Shown: positions 1-7,435 of the stretch, piece by piece
How the letters are laid out: each line of letters opens with the position of its first letter
Position numbering within the stretch: position 1 is the stretch's first letter
DNA from: Bacillus cereus ATCC 14579
GTDB lineage: Bacteria; Bacillota; Bacilli; Bacillales; Bacillaceae_G
DNA: 24,000 bases
Assembly: GCF_000007825.1 (NCBI RefSeq)
Contig: NC_004722.1
Location: forward strand, 818,882-842,881
Direction of reading: 5' to 3'
Notes under the pieces: model-generated
What the model saw: the letters and a program-made list of their open reading frames with translations, nothing else
The model's database searches: none
Told to the model about the DNA's origin: nothing
Translations under genes and position numbers: made by a program

Positions 1-1
1 T

Positions 2-358
2 ATGATGTTGCCGCTTGTGACAAATTTAAAAGAAGACGATATATTTGTTGCGATTTCAACATCTGGTCGAACAAAAGATGTGCTTGAAATGGCGCAGTAT
101 GCAAAGAGACAAGGTGCAACTGTTATTGGAATTACGAAATTAGATCAATCATCACCCCTATATAAAGAAGCGGATATTCGCCTTTGTATGCCAGATGTAG
201 AACAAGACCATCGTATTGCGAGTATTGCTTCGAGAATGACACAATTGAATATGATCGATGCTTTATATGTTATTACTTTCAATCGAATTGGTAATAAAGT
301 ATTGGATCAATTTATGGAGACGCGAGAAGAAGCGTTGCGGTTACGGAAGTTAAAGTAG
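2..358 (+). CDS. murR: MurR/RpiR-family transcriptional regulator, C-terminal SIS domain only (5' end lies outside the window)
   Basis: The ORF runs off the left edge. The SIS-type motif 'VAISTSGRTKDVLE' and the tail 'RIASIASRMTQLNMIDALY' are typical of RpiR/MurR regulators. It sits directly upstream of murQ-murP. Confidence 0.7.
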   Translation: MMLPLVTNLKEDDIFVAISTSGRTKDVLEMAQYAKRQGATVIGITKLDQSSPLYKEADIRLCMPDVEQDHRIASIASRMTQLNMIDALYVITFNRIGNKVLDQFMETREEALRLRKLK

Positions 359-362
359 AAGA

Positions 363-390
363 AAAGATGAGGAGACTCATCTTTTTTTTA
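363..390 (+). terminator. Rho-independent terminator of murR
   Basis: Hairpin AGATGAG-gaga-CTCATCT followed by a run of eight T, 5 nt after the stop codon. Confidence 0.8.
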
Positions 391-391
391 T

Positions 392-536
392 CCCGTTAAC
401 GGGCAGTAAGCCCCTCACTTCAAAATTCAGCGGAAGCAAAGAAAGTTAGGTGGGGGATCAACTGCCCGTAAAAGCCCGATTGGTGCGGGCTAATAATCAG
501 TGGGGATGAACAAAACCCCACTGATTAAAGTTTCAC
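392..536. repeat. bcr1-family (B. cereus group) MITE-like dispersed repeat, full copy, flanked by TTTAT direct repeats
   Basis: A 145-bp non-coding block bounded by TTTAT at 387-391 and 537-541. It has an internal 11-bp perfect hairpin, AATCAGTGGGG(495-505)/CCCCACTGATT(516-526), and long-range complementarity CGGGCAG.../...CTGCCCG. Its 3' ~80 nt recur at 17733-17814. Confidence 0.6.
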
Positions 537-601
537 TTTATGATCTTTGACAAAAATATGTCATGTAGTGAAATTTTATTTCATAAAATAAGAAAGGGTT
601 A

Positions 602-629
602 TTGATTTTTAGTTTCTTAAAGTTATAAT
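602..629 (+). promoter_or_regulatory. Candidate SigA promoter of murQ-murP (TTGATT-16-TATAAT)
   Basis: -35 TTGATT at 602-607 and -10 TATAAT at 624-629, about 37 nt upstream of the murQ ATG. AT-rich overlapping palindromes at 569-589 (TGAAAT-ttt-ATTTCA and ATTTTAT-ttc-ATAAAAT) lie just upstream and could be the MurR operator. Confidence 0.45.
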
Positions 630-665
630 AAAAGTGTGAAATATAATTTTAAAGAGGGTGGAAAT

Positions 666-1550
666 ATGTTAGAAAATTTATCGACAGAACATCGTAATGA
701 GAAAACAATGAATCTGGATGAAATGAGCATAAAAGAAGTATTGCAAAGTATGAATGAAGAAGATCGAACTGTTGCGTTAGCAGTTGAAAAAGAGATAGAA
801 CAAATTGAAAAGGTTGTACAGACTGTTATTAAATCTTTTGAAGAAGAGGGACGCTTAATTTACATTGGTGCTGGTACGAGTGGTCGTTTAGGTATCCTAG
901 ATGCAGTGGAATGTCCGCCGACATTTGGCACGGATGATAAAATGGTGCAAGGATTTATAGCAGGTGGATTGAAAGCGTTTACTAAGGCGGTGGAAGGTGC
1001 CGAAGATCGCGAAGAGTTAGCAGAAGAAGATTTAAAAAGTATTGGATTAAATGAGAAAGATACAGTGATTGGAATTGCTGCCAGTGGCAGAACTCCTTAC
1101 GTAATTGGCGGCTTGAAATACGCACAGAGCGTAGGAGCGAGTACAGCGAGTATTTCTTGTAATAAAAATGCTGAAATAAGTAAATATGCAAATTTAAATG
1201 TGGAAGTAGAAACAGGTGCAGAAATATTAACAGGATCAACGCGTTTAAAAGCTGGTACAGCACAAAAATTAGTGCTGAATATGATTTCAACAGCTTCGAT
1301 GATTGGTGTAGGAAAAGTATATAAAAACTTAATGGTAGATGTTCAATCCACAAATGAAAAGTTAGTAGAACGGTCAAAACGAATTATTGTGGAAGCAACA
1401 GGCGCTAGTTATGAAGTAGCGGCAGAGTATTATGAAAAGGCAGAACGTAACGTAAAAGCTGCCATTGTTATGGTGTTGTTGCAGTGTGAGTATGGGGAAG
1501 CACTGGAGAAACTAAAATACGCAAAAGGGTTTGTGAAGAAAGCACTATAA
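666..1550 (+). CDS. murQ: N-acetylmuramic acid 6-phosphate etherase
   Basis: SIS-domain protein with the characteristic MurQ N-terminus 'LENLSTEHRNEKTMNLDEMS' and motifs 'GAGTSGRLG', 'ECPPTFG' and 'GSTRLKAGTAQK'. I prefer the ATG at 666 because the RBS AGAGGGTGG lies 6 nt upstream. The track's start at 636 has no RBS. Confidence 0.9.
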   Translation: MLENLSTEHRNEKTMNLDEMSIKEVLQSMNEEDRTVALAVEKEIEQIEKVVQTVIKSFEEEGRLIYIGAGTSGRLGILDAVECPPTFGTDDKMVQGFIAGGLKAFTKAVEGAEDREELAEEDLKSIGLNEKDTVIGIAASGRTPYVIGGLKYAQSVGASTASISCNKNAEISKYANLNVEVETGAEILTGSTRLKAGTAQKLVLNMISTASMIGVGKVYKNLMVDVQSTNEKLVERSKRIIVEATGASYEVAAEYYEKAERNVKAAIVMVLLQCEYGEALEKLKYAKGFVKKAL

Positions 1551-1574
1551 AGTAATAGGGAGGGGGATTCTATT

Positions 1575-2939
1575 ATGAAGAAAGAAGAGAGAATGGCCAA
1601 GGAAATTTCGGAGCAACTTGGTGGAATAAAAAATATTCGTAGTATTGCTCATTGTATGACGAGACTACGTTTAACGCTTCATGATGAAAGTAAAGTAAAT
1701 ATGAATCTTTTGAAAAAAGTTGAAGGCGTTATGGGTGTTATAGAAGATGAGACGCTTCAAGTTGTCGTTGGTCCAGGAACAGTAAATAAAGTAGCAGCTG
1801 AAATGGAAGGTTTGACAGGACTACGAATTGGTGAGGTAGCAGATCATCACCTTGAAGATATTGGGCAAGAGATGAAATCAGAGATTAAGAAGAAAAATAA
1901 TACACCGGTGAAAAACTTTTTACGAAAAATAGGAAGTATTTTCATCCCATTAATTCCGGGGCTTGTTGCGTCAGGAATTATAAACGGGGTTGCTAACTTT
2001 GCGAAAAATGCTGGTGCTGATCCAAATGCAACGTGGTTACAAATGTTACTACTCATTGGCGGCGGTATCTTTACATTCTTAGGAATTTTAGTCGGCTGGA
2101 ATACAGCGAAAGAATTTGGCGGGACACCGGTTCTTGGGGCAATTGCTGGTATTTTAATTTTCAACCCGGCGATGGCAAACGTAAAATTGTTTGGTGAAGC
2201 ATTAGTGCCCGGACGGGGCGGATTGTTTGCAGTTATTTTTGCAGCATGGCTTATGGTTGTAGTGGAAAGACAAGTTCGAAAAGCAGTGCCAAACGCAGTT
2301 GATATTATCGTGACACCACTCATTACTGTATTAGTTGTAAGTATCGTAACGATGTTAGCCATTCAGCCATTAGCAGGTTTCTTATCAGATGGTATTACGA
2401 GCGGAATTAATGCTATTTTAAATATTGGCGGAGCATTTGCTGGCGCAGTACTTGCGGGAACATTTTTACCTCTCGTTATGGTCGGATTGCATCACGGTTT
2501 AACACCAATTCATATGGAATTTATTAATCAAACACACGTAACACCTTTATTACCAGTGCTCGCAATGGCTGGTGCTGGCCAAGTGGGCGCAGCAATTGCG
2601 ATTTATGTGAAAACAAAAAACAAACGACTTCGAAATGTAATTAAAGGTGGATTGCCAGTTGGCTTTTTAGGAATTGGTGAGCCGTTATTATACGGGGTGA
2701 CATTACCACTTGGGAAACCGTTTATTACTGCTTGTTTAGGAGCGGCTGTCGGTGGTGCATTCCAAGCAGTTATGCAAACAGCTTCTCTTGGAATTGGTGT
2801 ATCAGGGCTATCTTTAATTCCGTTAATTGCTGACAATAAATATTTACTCTATTTCTTAGGTTTAGTAATTGCATATGCTTTCGGATTTATCTTTACGTAT
2901 TTCTTCGGATTTAAAGAAGAAATGGCAGAAAACATATAG
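1575..2939 (+). CDS. murP: PTS system MurNAc-specific EIIBC component
   Basis: N-terminal EIIB motif 'AHCMTRLRL' (phospho-Cys) followed by a roughly 10-TMS glucose-superfamily EIIC domain ('GLHHGLTPIH', 'GIGEPLLYGV'). It lies immediately downstream of murQ with RBS GGGAGGGGG. Confidence 0.85.
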   Translation: MKKEERMAKEISEQLGGIKNIRSIAHCMTRLRLTLHDESKVNMNLLKKVEGVMGVIEDETLQVVVGPGTVNKVAAEMEGLTGLRIGEVADHHLEDIGQEMKSEIKKKNNTPVKNFLRKIGSIFIPLIPGLVASGIINGVANFAKNAGADPNATWLQMLLLIGGGIFTFLGILVGWNTAKEFGGTPVLGAIAGILIFNPAMANVKLFGEALVPGRGGLFAVIFAAWLMVVVERQVRKAVPNAVDIIVTPLITVLVVSIVTMLAIQPLAGFLSDGITSGINAILNIGGAFAGAVLAGTFLPLVMVGLHHGLTPIHMEFINQTHVTPLLPVLAMAGAGQVGAAIAIYVKTKNKRLRNVIKGGLPVGFLGIGEPLLYGVTLPLGKPFITACLGAAVGGAFQAVMQTASLGIGVSGLSLIPLIADNKYLLYFLGLVIAYAFGFIFTYFFGFKEEMAENI

Positions 2940-2964
2940 AGAAAGGGATTCCTTTCTCTTTTTC
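2938..2964 (+). terminator. Intrinsic terminator-like hairpin between murP and mupG
   Basis: AGAGAAAGG-gatt-CCTTTCTCT (9-bp perfect stem) followed by TTTTCT. It overlaps the murP stop codon. Confidence 0.6.
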
Positions 2965-2987
2965 TATTAATAGAAAGGGAGTTTTAT

Positions 2988-4061
2988 ATGATCGGAGTTT
3001 CCATTTATCTTTCAAAAGAACGAGTAGAGAAACAAGAAGAGTGGCTAAAAGTAGCGAAGGAAAATGGGTTTACATCTATTTTTACATCACTGCACATTCC
3101 AGAAGATGATCCAAATACGTATAAAGAGTTAATTCAAATATTAGGGAAACAAGCTCTTGCACATGAAATGGAGTTAATGGTTGATGTTTTTCCAAAATCG
3201 TTACATCATTTAGGGCTAACATATGAAAATGTGGAAGAACTATTGGACTGGGGCATTACCGGTTTAAGAATGGATTACGGCATTGCGCCAAAAGAAATTG
3301 CAAGCGTATCTCATAAGATGAAAGTAGCTTTAAATGCGAGTACGATTACAAAGCCATTTTGGAAAGAATTAATTGCAGAACATATAAGAGTAGAGAATGT
3401 AGAAGCGTGGCATAATTTTTATCCACGTCCAGAGACGGGACTAGCAAAGTCCTTCTTACAAAAACAAAATCAATATTTACAGGAGTGCGGAATAAAAACG
3501 ATGGCATTTATTCCAGGAGATGCGGAAAAACGTGGTCCGTTATATGAAGGGTTACCAACGTTAGAAAAACATCGCAATATGCGCCCGCTTGAAGCGTACT
3601 TAGAACTTGTTCAAGATTGTGGTGTTGATAAAGTATTGATTGGAGATATAAGCGCAAGTTTGGAAAGTATGCAAGAAGTAGCTAGTGCGAGTAGAGGGAT
3701 TATTCCATTGCGTTACAAATCATTTATAACTGATAAAGAAGTATTAAAAGTGGTGGAGCAAGTGCATAAAAATAGACTAGATCCGGCTCGTGATGTTATT
3801 CGATCTGTAGAATCAAGGGAAGGAAATAGAGTGGTTTTACAGCCGATGCATACAATTGTAAGAAAGAAAGGCAGCATTACAATTGATAATGAATTGTACG
3901 GTAGATATGCAGGGGAGATGCAAGTTGCTACACATGATTTACCTGTAGATGAGAAAGTGAATGTTGTTGGAATAGTTGTGGAAGAGAACGTTTCTTTACT
4001 GCCTTATATTGGCGCTGGAAAAATGTTTCAACTTTTTCTATGCGATAGAATAAAAGCTTGA
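2988..4061 (+). CDS. mupG: DUF871/MupG-family 6-phospho-N-acetylmuramidase
   Basis: About 357 aa with a TIM-barrel-like N-terminus ('MIGVSIYLSKE...GFTSIFTSLHIPEDD', 'GLRMDYG') typical of DUF871. It is linked to murQ/murP as in the described MurNAc-GlcNAc recycling operons. RBS GAAAGGGAG. Confidence 0.7.
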   Translation: MIGVSIYLSKERVEKQEEWLKVAKENGFTSIFTSLHIPEDDPNTYKELIQILGKQALAHEMELMVDVFPKSLHHLGLTYENVEELLDWGITGLRMDYGIAPKEIASVSHKMKVALNASTITKPFWKELIAEHIRVENVEAWHNFYPRPETGLAKSFLQKQNQYLQECGIKTMAFIPGDAEKRGPLYEGLPTLEKHRNMRPLEAYLELVQDCGVDKVLIGDISASLESMQEVASASRGIIPLRYKSFITDKEVLKVVEQVHKNRLDPARDVIRSVESREGNRVVLQPMHTIVRKKGSITIDNELYGRYAGEMQVATHDLPVDEKVNVVGIVVEENVSLLPYIGAGKMFQLFLCDRIKA

Positions 4062-4080
4062 ATTAGCGCTATTTTGTAGG

Positions 4081-4117
4081 AAAACATTATCCGTAAAACG
4101 GATAATGTTTTTTGTTT
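4081..4117 (+). terminator. Rho-independent terminator of the MurNAc operon
   Basis: AAAACATTATCCG-taaaa-CGGATAATGTTTT (13-bp perfect stem) followed by TTTGTTTT. Confidence 0.9.
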
Positions 4118-4213
4118 TCTTTAAAAAAGTATTTGACGAATGAAATAAAATACCGTATTGTTTTGACTTATAAATAAAAGTTCACCATAACAAAACAAAA
4201 AGGAGAGTTCAAA

Positions 4214-4618
4214 ATGAATCAATATATTGGGAATTTAATTATTCGTATCGTGTTAGGAGTTACGTTCTTTGCACACGGTTTAGCAAAGTTTCAATCAGGT
4301 ATCGATAACGTAGCAGGATGGTTTACAAGCATCGGTTTACCAGGTGGTCTTGCATACGGCGTAGCAACAGTTGAATTAGTTGGTGGTATATTATTAATTA
4401 TCGGTTTAGGTGTACGATATGTAGGATTGTTATTCGCTCTTATTTTAGCTGGAGCTATTGTAAAGGTAAATGGAGCAGCAGGTTTATTAGGAGATGGAAA
4501 GAATCCAGGATATGAATTAGATCTTGCATTATTATCAATGGGTGCGTATTTATTCGTAGTAAAAGCAGAAGGATATGTAGATCGTTTCTTAAAAGAGAAA
4601 GTAATGAAAACGAAGTAA
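4214..4618 (+). CDS. DoxX-family integral membrane protein
   Basis: 134 aa with four predicted TM helices and the DoxX-type N-terminal motif 'RIVLGVTFFAHGLAKF'. Strong RBS AAAGGAGAG. Confidence 0.75.
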   Translation: MNQYIGNLIIRIVLGVTFFAHGLAKFQSGIDNVAGWFTSIGLPGGLAYGVATVELVGGILLIIGLGVRYVGLLFALILAGAIVKVNGAAGLLGDGKNPGYELDLALLSMGAYLFVVKAEGYVDRFLKEKVMKTK

Positions 4619-4635
4619 ATTTTATTTATAAATTG

Positions 4636-4664
4636 TTGACTTGAATAATTATTGTAACTATAAT
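4636..4664 (+). promoter_or_regulatory. SigA promoter (TTGACT-17-TATAAT) for the 4773-5659 bicistron
   Basis: Near-consensus -35 at 4636-4641 and consensus -10 at 4659-4664. The inverted repeat TTGTAA-n9-TTACAA (4652-4672) straddles the -10. Confidence 0.7.
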
Positions 4665-4772
4665 GATTACAACTAATGAATTACGAATGAAACAATTTAA
4701 ATATTTTTTTACACAAGATGTAACTGAATTGGTTATGTCTTGTGTAAAAATAAATAAACGGGAGGAAGTAAT

Positions 4773-5174
4773 ATGCCTAAATCAAATTTAGAAATTATTC
4801 AAAGCACGTATGAAGGATCAGCGTCTTCGAATGCAAAGCATTTAGCAGAAGCCTTCTCTGAAAAAGTGGAATGGACAGAGGCAGAAGGTTTCCCGTACGG
4901 CGGAACATATAAAGGCGTAGAAGCTATAATGGAAAATGTATTTAGCCGTTTAGGATCAGACTGGGATGATTATAAAGCAAGTGTAAATACATATCATGAA
5001 GTAAACGGAAAAGATGTAATTGTTGCTGAAGGTATGTATTCTGGAGTTTATAAAGAAACAGGAAAATCATTTGAAGCAGAATTTGTTCATGTATGGCAGC
5101 TTGAAAATGGAAAAATCGTGAAGTTTAAGCAGTATGTAGATAGTCATATTGTTAGGGAAGCGATGAAGAGCTAA
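4773..5174 (+). CDS. SnoaL-like / NTF2-fold (ketosteroid-isomerase-like) protein
   Basis: 133 aa. The size and pattern ('...EWTEAEGFPYGGTYKG...', '...FVHVWQLENGKIVKFKQYVDS') are typical of SnoaL_2/NTF2-like proteins. RBS GGGAGGAAG. Confidence 0.65.
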   Translation: MPKSNLEIIQSTYEGSASSNAKHLAEAFSEKVEWTEAEGFPYGGTYKGVEAIMENVFSRLGSDWDDYKASVNTYHEVNGKDVIVAEGMYSGVYKETGKSFEAEFVHVWQLENGKIVKFKQYVDSHIVREAMKS

Positions 5175-5659
5175 TGCTTTTTAAATGGATTGTAGGTATA
5201 TGTATTACCATTATGGTAATCATCTCTTCTATAGTTGGCGGAAAGAAATTGCTTGCATATGTGGAAAAAGAAAATACAAATATTCAAACCGAGCGAGCGG
5301 CAAACGAAAAAGAGAAAAAAGCTGCAGAAGAAGCCCCGCAAATTAGTGAAGGTGAAATTATTTCTACTATGCATAAAATGGTGCACCAAAAGGTAAAATC
5401 CTCTGAAAAATGGGGATTTGTAGAGATGACAAAAAAGGAAATTTCTAATGTAAAAAGAGATATTGAAAATAGTACAGGTTTTCAATATAAAATGAAGTTA
5501 TTTTCTATTATAAATAGATGGGAAAAAGGAGATTTTTCTCAAACTGTTGAGGAGCATAACTTTTTATGGAGCCTTCAAGGTGGAGATACTGGCAAGGCGA
5601 CGGAACGTTTATCGCCAGAAGAGGAAAAGCAGTATATAAAAGAAATGAAGAGAAAATAA
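5174..5659 (+). CDS. Hypothetical membrane-anchored protein (N-terminal TM helix, charged Lys/Glu-rich linker)
   Basis: 161-aa ORF whose ATG overlaps the upstream stop (TAATG), which suggests translational coupling. It has one N-terminal TM segment ('WIVGICITIMVIISSIVGG'). I cannot assign a family with confidence. Confidence 0.55.
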   Translation: MLFKWIVGICITIMVIISSIVGGKKLLAYVEKENTNIQTERAANEKEKKAAEEAPQISEGEIISTMHKMVHQKVKSSEKWGFVEMTKKEISNVKRDIENSTGFQYKMKLFSIINRWEKGDFSQTVEEHNFLWSLQGGDTGKATERLSPEEEKQYIKEMKRK

Positions 5660-5691
5660 AAACATCGCCAACCCAGATGACGATGTTTTTT
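5658..5691. terminator. Bidirectional terminator shared by 5174-5659 (+) and the EamA gene (-)
   Basis: AACATCG-n13-CGATGTT hairpin flanked by an A-run upstream and a T-run downstream, between convergent stop codons. Confidence 0.7.
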
Positions 5692-5693
5692 CA

Positions 5694-6605
5694 TTAAGAA
5701 TGTTTTCGCATTAAAGGTCTAACAGGCTGAACGGCAACAGTTTTAAAATGAGAAAATAAATAACATCCTGTTACAACGACAATTGTCCCTAAAATTTGTA
5801 TCCACGTTAATTCTTCTCCGAGGAATATGAATGCTAAAATGGCTGTGAAAATTGGATTGAAGTTTAGAAAAATACCTGATGTAGTTGCGCCTAATTTTTG
5901 TACACCAATATTCCAAAATACCATACAAAGAACTGTCGAAATAAGCCCAGTATATAAAAGTGATGTGATGAAAGAAGTATTTATATTTGAAACAGTGAAG
6001 CTACCTATGTTAAACGGTAGTAATAAAATAACGCCGAAAATACCAGAGTACAACGTTGCCATAAGTGGTGTAGTTGTTTTTGTTGCCCATTTACTACAAA
6101 CAGAATAGATTCCCCAAATACAAACTGCTGCAATCATCCATAAATCGCCGCTATTAAAATGTAGTGAAAATAAAAGCGAGAAATCACCTTTTAATAGGAC
6201 GAGGATAACCCCGAAGAATGAAAGAATCATGGATAGGATTTGAAGTGTATTTACTTTTTCTTTTAGAAATAATACTGAAAATAATGCGATTGAAATTGCA
6301 TTCAATGTAGAGATAAGACCTACATTCGTAGCGGATGTTTTTTCTAATGCTAAAAATTGAAAGATGTTAAAAAGAGCGACCCCTGAAATTCCCATCAATA
6401 TTAAAGGAAGTATTGCGGTACGTGGTGGAAGGATTTTCTTTTCTTTAAACCATACCATCGGTAATAAACAAACAATCGCAATCATCCATCTTAAATTTGT
6501 CAGTGTCATCGGCGATGCATGATCGACGAGTGATTTTCCAACGACAAAATTTCCTCCCCATAATAAGCTCGTTAGTAATAGTAAAAAGACGTAAAAATAA
6601 GGCAT
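5694..6605 (-). CDS. EamA/DMT-superfamily transporter (10 TMS)
   Basis: Two EamA repeats and a highly hydrophobic sequence ('LLWGGNFVVGK', 'FWNIGVQKLGATTSGIFLNFNPIFTAILAFIFLGE'). I place the start at the Met of 'MPYFYVFLL' because the RBS AAAGGGGA lies 7 nt upstream. The track's 17-aa extension has no RBS. Confidence 0.85.
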   Translation of the reverse strand: MPYFYVFLLLLTSLLWGGNFVVGKSLVDHASPMTLTNLRWMIAIVCLLPMVWFKEKKILPPRTAILPLILMGISGVALFNIFQFLALEKTSATNVGLISTLNAISIALFSVLFLKEKVNTLQILSMILSFFGVILVLLKGDFSLLFSLHFNSGDLWMIAAVCIWGIYSVCSKWATKTTTPLMATLYSGIFGVILLLPFNIGSFTVSNINTSFITSLLYTGLISTVLCMVFWNIGVQKLGATTSGIFLNFNPIFTAILAFIFLGEELTWIQILGTIVVVTGCYLFSHFKTVAVQPVRPLMRKHS

Positions 6606-6811
6606 GCTAAAATCCCCTTTTTTGTAATCAATACGAATTGTAAATAATTTTAGCATTTTTCTTTATTGTGTAATATATTCTTTTGTATAATGGTGAAAAC
6701 TCGATAAAATCTTTAGTTATGAATGATATTTACGGAATGATATTCAGTTTTTTGTAAGGTATAAGGTGTTTTTTCGAATAATCATCGGTAAGAAAAAAGG
6801 GGGGAATTGTA

Positions 6812-7306
6812 ATGGAGTCGTCTGTTATTAAAGTGTTGGATGATTTGGATGTACAAATTTTAGATATATTGCAGAAGGAGTCACAAGTAAGTAATGCAGA
6901 GCTGGCACGTCGCGTTAATTTATCATCGGCTGCGATGCATGCAAGAATAAAAAGATTGGATGGGGAAGGTTTCATCGATAAGCAAGTTGCGATTTTAAAT
7001 CAAGAAAAGCTTGGGTTTGATTTATTATGTTTTATTTTTATGAGTACAAATATTCATCAATTTGACAAGCTGGAAGTGTTGGAGAAAGAATTAGAATCGA
7101 TGCCGGAAGTGTTAGAATGTCACTGTTTAACAGGAGAGTACGATTATTTATTAAAGGTTGCAAATCGTGATCGTAAAGAACTAGAGCAGTTTATTAGAAA
7201 GTTGAATAAGCTTGGTATTACAAGGATACAGACAAGTTTAGCACTTCGTGAAATTAAATATTCGACGGTATTGCCGATACGAAATGAGGAACCGAGCATC
7301 GATTAG
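6812..7306 (+). CDS. Lrp/AsnC-family transcriptional regulator
   Basis: 164 aa. N-terminal HTH_AsnC motif ('LDDLDVQILDILQKESQVSNAELARRVNLSSAAMHARIKRLDGEGFI') plus a C-terminal RAM/AsnC_trans_reg domain. RBS AGGGGGGAA. Divergent from the EamA exporter. Confidence 0.9.
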   Translation: MESSVIKVLDDLDVQILDILQKESQVSNAELARRVNLSSAAMHARIKRLDGEGFIDKQVAILNQEKLGFDLLCFIFMSTNIHQFDKLEVLEKELESMPEVLECHCLTGEYDYLLKVANRDRKELEQFIRKLNKLGITRIQTSLALREIKYSTVLPIRNEEPSID

Positions 7307-7322
7307 ATTGCTTGGTTTTTTG
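7291..7322 (+). terminator. Rho-independent terminator of the lrp-like gene
   Basis: ACCGAGCA-n10-TGCTTGGT (one G-U pair) followed by TTTTTTG. It overlaps the stop codon. Confidence 0.7.
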
Positions 7323-7336
7323 TTTGTATAAATTGA

Positions 7337-7365
7337 TTGACGAGGAGAAAAGAGAGATGTATTAT
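7337..7365 (+). promoter_or_regulatory. SigA promoter TTGACG-17-TATTAT for the GNAT gene
   Basis: -35 at 7337-7342 and -10 at 7360-7365, about 70 nt upstream of the ATG at 7436. Confidence 0.55.
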
Positions 7366-7375
7366 TATATAAAAT

Positions 7376-7393
7376 TATGAATTAAAATTCATT
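7376..7393 (+). promoter_or_regulatory. ARG box (ArgR/AhrC operator)
   Basis: TATGAATTAAAATTCATT matches the 18-bp ARG-box consensus wnTGAATwwwwATTCAnw at all 10 core positions. A weaker box (GATGTATTATTATATAAA, 7356-7373, 7 of 10 core positions) lies 2 bp upstream and overlaps the -10. Confidence 0.65.
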
Positions 7394-7435
7394 TTAAGTT
7401 ATAAATATTAATATTGAGGGGCAAGGGGATGTAAT

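Noticed and set aside
569-589. The palindrome TGAAATTTTATTTCA upstream of murQ as a CcpA cre site.
   Set aside because: It lacks the central CG and the G/C positions of the cre consensus (TGWAANCGNTNWCA). It fits better as an AT-rich operator for MurR or as a chance palindrome.
636-665. Longer N-termini offered by the track for several genes: murQ at 636, EamA at 6656, SDR at 8769, SMR-A at 9640, HxlR at 12842, lipoprotein at 12985, SgrR-like at 15931 and EcsB-like at 21858.
   Set aside because: In each case a downstream ATG has a strong Shine-Dalgarno sequence at 6-9 nt and begins the conserved part of the protein. The upstream start has no RBS or lies inside the RBS itself.
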